This document shows positions 42,817 to 51,373 of a DNA stretch of 64,000 bases, one piece after another. A program made the translations under genes and the position numbers. The stretch comes from an uncultured archaeon (GTDB lineage: Archaea > Thermoproteota > Bathyarchaeia > Bathyarchaeales > Bathycorpusculaceae): assembly GCA_963782915.1 (NCBI GenBank), contig CAWALK010000001.1:64001-128000 (forward strand). Reading direction: 5' to 3'. The notes beneath the pieces are model-generated. The model had not been told where the DNA came from. It did not search any database and saw only the letters and a list, made by a program, of their open reading frames with translations. Within the stretch, counting starts at the first letter, position 1; every line of letters begins with the position of its first letter.

Positions 42817-42990
42817 GTGACTGTTTTCTCAGAAGAGAATACGCGTGGCGAGTTTACGGTTGAGCAGAAAAAGAAAAAGCGCGAAATTTTTGAAGAGCGA
42901 GGTAACAGGGTTGATGTTCCGCCTGATGTTAGCGAGGAAAAGAAGAAGGCTTTGGCACAGAAAGGTGAGGACGCAACAGGCAGTTGGTAG
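42817..42990 (+). CDS. Small charged hypothetical protein (57 aa, below the ORF track cutoff)
   Basis: Manual translation VTVFSEENTRGEFTVEQKKKKREIFEERG...TGSW; GGAGGTG at the start. Confidence 0.45.
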   Translation: MTVFSEENTRGEFTVEQKKKKREIFEERGNRVDVPPDVSEEKKKALAQKGEDATGSW

Positions 42991-43111
42991 CACACTTCTC
43001 TGGAAACAGCTTTTTTTCTTTTATATTAACAAATAACCCCAAGTGAGCAAAATGTTTTTTTACGCAAATCTTTTATCTGAATCAAAACAAAGATAACGCT
43101 CACCAGAGGCA

Positions 43112-43375
43112 ATGTGTTTGGAAGAAGCCGTAATAGAAATAGGGAACGTCATTCATTATTTCCAAAAAATCAACGTTGCCATAGTCGAATTATCTCTGCC
43201 CCTCTCTGTCGGAGACCGCATCCTAATCAAGGGACCCTCGACTGATTTCGAGCAGACTGTGGATTCTATTGAGGTTGACCGTAAACCTATTAAACGCGCT
43301 GAAGGCGGACAAAGCGTAGGTTTAAAGTTATCTCAGTTGACGCGGGTAAAAGACGTTGTTTTCAAAAAAATCTAA
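43112..43375 (+). CDS. Translation-factor-like beta-barrel protein
   Basis: IG.V.HYF.KI.VA, L.VGD.I.IKG..TDF.Q.V.S, GQSVGLK. Confidence 0.75.
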   Translation: MCLEEAVIEIGNVIHYFQKINVAIVELSLPLSVGDRILIKGPSTDFEQTVDSIEVDRKPIKRAEGGQSVGLKLSQLTRVKDVVFKKI

Positions 43376-44502
43376 GGGATTATTTCGGCGCCGTTAAACT
43401 TTATATAATCAAAATCTTCCAGCCTAATTCGTCCGCTTTGAATGAGTTGTTGTATTCTTGGCAGATTACGCTGCACCGATTCAATCAATTGCTCCACAGT
43501 AAAGCAGACTTTGCCATAAGCATCGTCAGGCCACCGCTTAACAATGTTAGTGTATAGGCATCGTCCCCCGCAAACACCCAAAATTTTGCATTCACTGCAT
43601 GGTTTCTGGCTAACAAAGAGTTTAGGCAATTTTAGCGGATCTGCGTCTTTTATGTGGCCCATATAGTAGGCTTTCATTCCCCACATGGTTGGGCAAGGTA
43701 TTATTTGGCCATCCATCTGGATAGAGTAGTTTATCCATCCGCTGCCACAACGCATCAACGCATTCTCTTCACCGTGCAAGAGTGAGTTTGTGATGCCCAG
43801 AATCGGGTAGAGCTTGAGCACCTTTCCCGTCTGCTCCATCTCGTCTACCCAGTAACGGACTAGAGAATCAACGCCTGGGATATAGCTGGATTTGGTCCAT
43901 TCCTCAAAGTTGCGGCGTTTAAAATCGTTGCCCCAGAAACCCGCGTTGAGTTGCCAATGAATTGAAGTGAACGAGAATTCATCATTATGCAGGAGCCATT
44001 TCACTTGTTTTTCTATATCGGTTTGCTCCATGATCGTCATTCTTGCTATTAACTCGCCTTTGAAACCGTTTTGTTTTATGAGTTTGAGGTTATCGATGAC
44101 TTTGCGGAAGGTGCCTTTTCCACGGTAATAGTCTGTGAGGGCTTCTTCGCCATCGATTGATACCAGCAGAGTATGGAAGCGGTTGACGTATTGGGGCTCA
44201 AGTTTATCGAGCAGTAAACCGTTTGTTTGCATCATGTACAGTTTAGGCGTGACTGTATCCATGATTTGGCGCAGTTTATCCATCTGCATTAAGGGTTCAC
44301 CGCCATAGAAAGTTAAAACACAGTCGGGGTCCTTTTTGACAAAGCCTTCCAGTTGGGCTATGTCGTAGTTGGCTTTGCGGGGCAAGTTATAATCGACTTC
44401 TATGTCGTCTCCGAATTCCTCGTCAAAGTCATCCATGCTTTCGCCGAAGCAGTATTTGCATTGCAGGTTGCAGTCGCTGGTGAGCAGTAGATGGAAGAAC
44501 AT
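43372..44502 (-). CDS. Radical SAM/SPASM protein (TIGR04084/AF0577-like)
   Basis: CNLQCKYC, FYGGEPL, QTNG.LL, SIDG; SPASM region CGSG...PCP...CxxC....CGGRC. Confidence 0.85.
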   Translation of the reverse strand: MFFHLLLTSDCNLQCKYCFGESMDDFDEEFGDDIEVDYNLPRKANYDIAQLEGFVKKDPDCVLTFYGGEPLMQMDKLRQIMDTVTPKLYMMQTNGLLLDKLEPQYVNRFHTLLVSIDGEEALTDYYRGKGTFRKVIDNLKLIKQNGFKGELIARMTIMEQTDIEKQVKWLLHNDEFSFTSIHWQLNAGFWGNDFKRRNFEEWTKSSYIPGVDSLVRYWVDEMEQTGKVLKLYPILGITNSLLHGEENALMRCGSGWINYSIQMDGQIIPCPTMWGMKAYYMGHIKDADPLKLPKLFVSQKPCSECKILGVCGGRCLYTNIVKRWPDDAYGKVCFTVEQLIESVQRNLPRIQQLIQSGRIRLEDFDYIKFNGAEIIP

Positions 44503-44528
44503 GACTTAACCTTAGATATTGGGGATGC

Positions 44529-45869
44529 TTAATAGTATTTTTCTGCTAATTTCTTGGCATCTTCATAATTCTTATCAGTTTCAGGTGTCGAATTAATTTG
44601 TTTCTTGTTTTTCTTCTTGAGTAGGTTTTTGTTTTTTACCTACTTTTTCTGCTTCTTTTGTAGCTTTCTTTTTGGCGTTTTCAATATAGCTTTTGAGGTC
44701 CCGGTCTTTCATAAGTTTTTCAGGCAAAGTTTCAGGAGCATAAATCAACGGCAAAACCGCGAGAAAGAGGAAGACACTAGCAAATGGGAAAATCGTACTG
44801 CCTCTGCATGAGAGAGAAATGGCGTAAACAGTAATTGCATGAAATAGGAGGATATGTAAGGCAATGCGCCTAAAACATAGAATTTGTCGCCTTTTCCATT
44901 TTGGGCCAGATCACCCCATAATGTAAAAACAAATAATACGAAAAATATTCCCCAAGCTATACCGTCAGCTACGAAATAAATTATGCTTCCCAATAATAGA
45001 TCTGCGCCATTGATGGAAAACATCCCTATTACGGCATATCCGATACCAAGCATAACGAAACCTAATATCGATAATCGTTTACGGCCCCACTTATCAGCAA
45101 CCAAACCACATATTACTGCTACAATGGCTGTTACAACATTCTCCATTGCAACCAGTAGAGTATATTGAGCGTTATTTGTCGCAAAAAGAGTACTTTGAAT
45201 TGGCATAGTCATAAAATTAATGAGAGTAAACATACACCAAGGGACAAAGTACAGAACAAAGGATTTATTGAAAATTATTTTTGTATAATTTTACCTTACT
45301 AGTCTGTTTAATCGGTTCCTCTTTGCCAATTAAGGAGATAGAAAAATACTAAACCTATCAACCGAATAAAAGCAAGAATCAAGCAACTATGCAATAAGCG
45401 AGTCGAATACTACTAAACCAAGGATAGCAAATGTAATTCCAATTATCAAAAATGAAATCCCACTAATTTTTGCTCTATTCTCAACAGTTGTAACGACAGC
45501 GTGATAGCCCATAGTAGCGGGCATGCCTATGCCGAAATATACCCCAAAGACAGCGGATATTATTACTAAACCACTAAAACTTGAAGCGTTATAGACCAAG
45601 GGGTATAACAGATAAAATAACACCGCTTGCTAACCAGACTAAAAGGAAATCTCCTCGCTTCTTGAATTTGTCGAATAAAAGTACCCAGCGAATGCTGAGA
45701 GTACTATTGCCAAGGTGTTAATTCCAATTATTTGAAGTGTCAATAATGTGGCATCTTGTTTTGGAAGTAGGTCCTTTATGGTATCAAATGCAAGTAAATA
45801 CCACACAAAAGCGTTCACTACTAGCATTATGTTTGCAGTGGCAAATCTTAGGCTTGTCCTATTTGGCAT
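44529..45869 (-). CDS. MFS-like multipass membrane protein (several indels)
   Basis: Fragments 45639-45887, 45387-45623 and 44745-45233 join into one gene; motif G.VADKWGRK; tail PETLP...YEDAKKLAEKYY. Confidence 0.7.
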
Positions 45870-46071
45870 GGGCCATGTGTGGAACATCTACACTTTAGTT
45901 ACAACTATTGTGTGCAGCAAGTTAAGGGTTGAGTATGAATAAACCAGATTAGTGGTAACTAAACTACCGAAAAAGCTTTAAAGTATATCTGTAGAACAGG
46001 AATACAGAGAGGAGACCTAAATTGAAAACAAACACACAAAATCATAAGATCAGTAGGTTGGTATTAGTTAA

Positions 46072-47070
46072 TTATTCAAAGTAGGTGAGAGGGACTAATA
46101 GGAGATCTCCCAGTTCTTCTCTTATTTTTCCATTAATTGAAGTTGGCAATTGTTGGACGACCGTTTTTGTGTCGGCTACCAAAGTTTTTTGAAGAAGTTT
46201 GACCTCGTTTGATTCAAGGACTATTTCAATAATTTTCTGATGGCGCTCATTCTGCAATGAATCTCCATTTAACAAGGGGAACAGCATACTCTTGATTTGT
46301 GGGTTTTCAAGAGCATATATAATCGGTAAAGGAGGGCATTCATTTTTCAACCTACTTTTAAGCTCCTCAAAATCTAAGAGATCAGCAAACTCCTCCACTA
46401 TGATAGAAGTAACCCCGTATGCTCTGCCAAATTGCCCAAGCCTTTCAACATCATCCGAATTACCCCCTCCAATGATGGCGCCGATTTTCATAGTTAACTC
46501 AGGAACAACCGCTTTTAACCGTATTATCTCATTGAATTTAGCTGGGTTGAAATCTTGTTGATTGTGAAGCTGGATTTCAAGGATTTCCGCATTACAGATT
46601 TCCAAAACTGCTTCGGTAACTAACTTCATGACTCTTCCGAATGCTTCAGGGTTTTGGTTGATTGCTTCACTTAACCTCTTGAAACCTTCCGCTAGTAAAA
46701 TATCCCCCGCAAGAATAGTTGTTGCCAAGCCATATTTTCCAAAAACTGTTTGTTTCATGTTTTTTCGAACCGACTGGTCAAGGACATCATCGTGTAAATC
46801 GGCTGAGGCAGTTATGAAAACTATTGCTTCAGCAAAAGGAGCAACTCTTTTGGTGTCGCCTTCAACTGCTTCACAAGACATAGTAATTAATGCTGGAAAA
46901 ACAGGTATGGGGCTATGGAGCGTAACATTAGCGAAGTATCGGAGTGCTTGTGAGATATAACTGTCATCGTTGAAGTTTACAATGATGCTGTTTTTAGTGT
47001 TATTCATGGCGGGTCCGCCTTTTTGCTTGAAACTTCTTTTAATGGCGCGTAACTTCGAATCGTTGGACAT
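46072..47070 (-). CDS. Polyprenyl-synthetase-fold protein with degenerate IPP-binding motifs (ComQ-like candidate prenyltransferase)
   Basis: First Asp-rich motif LHDDVLD and ILAGD.LL retained; GKxxRP replaced by PIPVFP, RRG by RKN, second DDxxD by EEFAD. Confidence 0.8.
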   Translation of the reverse strand: MSNDSKLRAIKRSFKQKGGPAMNNTKNSIIVNFNDDSYISQALRYFANVTLHSPIPVFPALITMSCEAVEGDTKRVAPFAEAIVFITASADLHDDVLDQSVRKNMKQTVFGKYGLATTILAGDILLAEGFKRLSEAINQNPEAFGRVMKLVTEAVLEICNAEILEIQLHNQQDFNPAKFNEIIRLKAVVPELTMKIGAIIGGGNSDDVERLGQFGRAYGVTSIIVEEFADLLDFEELKSRLKNECPPLPIIYALENPQIKSMLFPLLNGDSLQNERHQKIIEIVLESNEVKLLQKTLVADTKTVVQQLPTSINGKIREELGDLLLVPLTYFE

Positions 47071-47187
47071 TGATTTCAGCTCTTATCTTAGTTAACCAAA
47101 GTATTTTAAAATCAAATTAGGCTCTTTTTGCTTATTAATCAATGGGAAGATTAAGGGATAAAAAAAATTACCCCTTGTTTTTGTTAA

Positions 47188-47241
47188 TTAGTACCATCCG
47201 ACAGATGCTGGCGCGCGTGCTTTGATGATTTTTCTGTTCAT
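47188..47241 (-). CDS. 17-aa putative precursor peptide MNRKIIKARAPASVGWY
   Basis: RBS GAGGTGAA (47246-47253) just before the ATG; TAA stop; hairpin and T-run downstream; directly upstream of the ComQ-like gene. Confidence 0.7.
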   Translation of the reverse strand: MNRKIIKARAPASVGWY

Positions 47242-47280
47242 GTATTTCACCTCTTAGTGTAGCCCTGATTATTGTGATTT

Positions 47281-48120
47281 TTACTCCAAGTATCCATTGA
47301 TCCATGCGAGTACTTGAGGTGTGTCAAGTCTTGTGTGGTAGCTTACGCCGCCACAGTTGCTGCTTGAAACAAATGCGTTGACTGCCAATACGGTGTCTTT
47401 TCCGTCTTGGGTGTAGATTACAGGGCCGCCTGAATCGCCGAATACTATTGCGCCTTTGCCGCCGCCGTTGTTGGCGGTTAATTTTAGGTAGCAGCTGCTG
47501 CCTTCAAAGTTGGATGGTACCAGTTGTACTTGGGCGCTGTTGCGTGATAGGGTGCCAATCCAGGAATATTCTGGGCCATTGTTTCTTGGGTTGGTTTGGG
47601 TTTGCATGCCATATCCGATGATTGTCAAATCTGTTTTGGATGCTAAGGTTTCCGCTATACCTGCTTGGGGAAGTGCTGGAAACTCTGTTATGCCAGTGAC
47701 TGGTTGGTCCAGTATTATTAAGCCGATGTCGCTAGTAGAGAATTCTTGGTTGCCTGAAAATGCAGGAGCATATTCTGAATAGGTTACTCGTGTACCTGTG
47801 TAGATTGTGTCTGCACCATAATAGATGACTTGTCCGTCTTGGATGGCGTAGCTGATTGGACCCTGATCGAAGCAGACGCTGACTGCCTCTGCGCCGAGCA
47901 GGCTGTGTCCGGCTGTAACCATCACTGTTGGGGAAATGAGGAATCCGCTACAGTAGCCGAAGGGATGCTGTCGGGCGGCATCGCTGAAGAGTACGACGAC
48001 TCCAACGTATGGGGTTGCGTCTGGCCGGGAGTTGCCTGTTATTGCTGTAGCTGTGCCAAAGAATAATGGTGCAGAAAGTAAACATGATAGTGCAATTATT
48101 ATTGCCCAAGCTTTTTTCAT
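47281..48120 (-). CDS. Secreted S1 (trypsin-fold) serine protease
   Basis: Signal peptide; motifs CSGFLI, TAGH, DIGLI, GDSGGP. Confidence 0.9.
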   Translation of the reverse strand: MKKAWAIIIALSCLLSAPLFFGTATAITGNSRPDATPYVGVVVLFSDAARQHPFGYCSGFLISPTVMVTAGHSLLGAEAVSVCFDQGPISYAIQDGQVIYYGADTIYTGTRVTYSEYAPAFSGNQEFSTSDIGLIILDQPVTGITEFPALPQAGIAETLASKTDLTIIGYGMQTQTNPRNNGPEYSWIGTLSRNSAQVQLVPSNFEGSSCYLKLTANNGGGKGAIVFGDSGGPVIYTQDGKDTVLAVNAFVSSSNCGGVSYHTRLDTPQVLAWINGYLE

Positions 48121-48278
48121 ATTCTAAACCTGAATATACGATGTCGTGAGTAGCAATATATAAAGCGAGTGTATTGCAGCTACTGATTCAGCGCTTGTGC
48201 AACAAAACAACTGTACAACACAACTACATCACCAAAAAGCAAAACTCTTAATAGCCAAGCCTTTTATCACAAGGTTTT

Positions 48279-51164
48279 ATGAGCCAAACCAAGCAAATGG
48301 AGCAGAAATGGCAGCAAAAATGGGAAGCTGCGCATCTCTTCGAAGCCGACCCTGACCCCAAACGCGAAAAAAAGCTGGTAACTTTCCCGTTTCCATACAT
48401 GAATGGCCCATTGCATGTTGGCCACACCTTTACTGCCAGCCGCGTTGACGCTTATGCCCGTTTCAAGCGTATGCAGGGTTACAATGTGCTTTGGCCTTGG
48501 AGTTGGCACTGGACCGGTCAACCGCTGCTTGGTGCATCTCTGCGGGTGGCAAGGGGCGATGAAGCTTACATCAAAGTGCTGCGCGAAGTCGATGGCGTCC
48601 CTGAAGCGGAACTTCAAAAATTTGTTGACCCCTTCTATATGGCTCAATACTACACTAACGAGGGCCGTGCCGCTGTTAAGGGCGTTGGTTTCTCGGTTGA
48701 TTGGCGCCGCGAATTCACCACTGTTATGCCGACTTTCCAAAAGTTTGTGGAGTGGCAGTACAAGAACCTCAAAGAAAAAGGCTATGTCACCCGTGGCACT
48801 CATCCGGTGGTTTGGTGTCCTAAAGATCAATCTCCAACCGGTGACCATGACCGCCAAAGCGGCGAAGGCGTCACCCCCGAAGAATACACCCTAATCAAGT
48901 ACAAACTGCCCGACGGCACGGTTTTGCCTGCGGCGACTTTCCGCCCCGAAACCATCTACGGCATCACTAACATGTGGATTAACCCGGACGCCACCTACGT
49001 GGAAGCAGACGTCAACGGCGAAACCTGGATTATTAGCCAGGAAGCCGCTGAAAAACTCAAAGAACAAGAGAAAAAAGTCACAGTCAAACGCAGCTTCAAA
49101 GGCGCAGAACTCATAGGCAAAACCTTCGAAAACCCCGTTACAAAACTCAAGTTTCCGATTCTGCCCGGCTGGTTTGTTAACCCCAAAACCGCCACCGGCG
49201 TCGTCTACAGCGTCCCAGCCCATGCACCCTACGATTACCTCGCACTCACGAGACTTGCAGCAGAAGCCCGAAGTGCTCAGCCCAATTCGGCGTGGACCCC
49301 GCGATGGTGCAGGCGATTAAACCAATCTCAATCATTAAAGTCGAAGGCTTCGGCGAATACCCCGCAGTCGAAATCGTCGAAAAAATGGGCATCAAAAACC
49401 AAAATGATCCCAAAGCCGACGAAGCTACCAAAGAACTCTACAAAAAAGAGTTCCACGGAGGCAAACTAAAAGAAAACTGCGGACCCTACGCGGGCAAAAG
49501 CATCCGCGAAGCCAAAGACATCTTGATCGGTGACTTCAAAAAAATGGGCGTCGCCGACAGCATGTATGACCTCTCCGAACCAGTAGTTTGCCGATGCATG
49601 ACACAATGCATCGTAAAGATCCTCTCGGATCAATGGTTCCTTAACTACTCCGATCCGCAGTGGAAGGAGTTGGCGCATCAGGCGGTTGCGCAGATGAACA
49701 TTTACCCCGACTCAGCTAAACCATGGTTCAACACCGTGATCGATTGGCTACGCGAATGGGCTTGTGCACGCACAACTGGTTTTGGTACGCCGTTGCCGTG
49801 GGGTAAAGGCTGGATAATTGAGACGTTAAGCGACAGCACCGTTTACATGGCATTCTACACCATAAACAAACACATTAAACAGAACAGCATAAAACCTGAA
49901 TCACTAACAACCGATGTTTTCGACTATATCTACCTCGGCAAAGGCAATGCAGCGGAACTCTCACAATCCGTGGGAATCGACGTAACACTGTTGGATTCGA
50001 TGCGTAGCGAGTTCCTCTATTGGTACCCGCTTGACTTCCGCAACAGCGCCAAAGAACTGGTACCAAACCACCTTAGCTTCTGCATATTCCACCACGCCGC
50101 ATTATTCCCACCTGAGCATTGGCCCAGAGCCATCGGCGTCAACGGCATGCTAATGGTTGAAGGACAAGGCATGCATAAAAGCAAAGGCAACTTCATCACC
50201 ATGAAGGGCGCAGTCGAAAAGTACGGAGCAGATGCTACTCGCTGTGGGTTGCTGTTGGGTGCTGAAGGGATGGATGATCCCGATTGGCGAGCTGAAAACG
50301 TCAATGATCTCAAAACCAAATTTGAGAGTGTGATGGGTTTTGCAAGCAATATCCTTGCAACAGCCAAGAATGACGATAATACGGCTTTGGAGCGTTGGTT
50401 AGAGAGCCGTTTGCAGCAGCGCATAAAAGATGTTACAGCTGCGCTTGATGAGTTAAAGACTCGCACTGCACTGCAAACCGCGCTGTTTGAAACGTGGAAT
50501 GACCTGCGATGGTACATCCAACGTAAGGGCAACACCAACGCCAAGGTACTGGGCGATGCAGTTAAAGACTGGTTAAAGATGCTTGCGCCCTTTGCACCAT
50601 TCATGTGTGAGGAACTCTGGAGCCAAACAGGCGAAGAAGGCTTCATCAGCGTCGCCAAATGGCCAGTCTACGACCCAGCTAAAATAGATGCAGCCGCTGA
50701 GGAACAAGAAAACCTAGTCACTGCTGTCATGGGCGATACCAACAACATCTTGAAAGCCATGAAAATCGCGCCTGCCAAAATCGTTTACTACACCGCTGCT
50801 CCATGGAAATGGCAGGTTTACCTCAAAATCGTCGAGAAAACCTTAGCTGGCGAAGCAAAAATCAACGAGTTAATGAAGGAATTCGCCTCTGACCCCGCCT
50901 TGAAGCCGCATATGAAAGACATCGCCCCAATGGTACCCACGCATAATTAAAGCACTCACCAAAGTTTCAGGCGACCGCAAAGCAAACATAACCAAAATCC
51001 GCGAAGTAGACGAAAAAGCAATCCTCCAAGGCACAGCAGCATTCTATAAAGACCGCTTCAACGCAGAAATAGCAGTTTACGGCGAATCTGACGAGCAACG
51101 CTTCGACCCCAAAAGCCGCTCAGCAATGGCAATGCCCTATCAGCCAGCAATCTACATCGAATAA
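48279..51164 (+). CDS. leuS: Leucine-tRNA ligase (archaeal type), split by 2 indels
   Basis: PYMNG.LHVGH, DW.REF.T, T.RPET, IE.LSDST.Y, MHKSKGN, C-terminal P...AIYIE. Confidence 0.95.
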
Positions 51165-51205
51165 ACCCACCCTACAATCACCCTTTCATTTTCATTACAA
51201 GGAGA

Positions 51206-51320
51206 GCTGTTGCTCTGGCAGAGACCCCCCTCCCTTATTTATACTCACACAACTGCTGAGGCAATACTGTTTAGGGCTGGCTGCTTGTTGCGTTGCAACG
51301 CTTTTTTCTATGTGTATGTG
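51206..51320 (+). repeat. Repeat family A copy
   Basis: GCTGTTGCTCTGGCAGAGACCCCCCTCCCTTATTTATAC, then a TGCTTGTTG block at the same spacing as in the long copies. Confidence 0.7.
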
Positions 51321-51373
51321 TTAATGGCTGCGGAATTATTGGGCGGTTGTTTTCTCTTCCTGGCAATCCCAAA

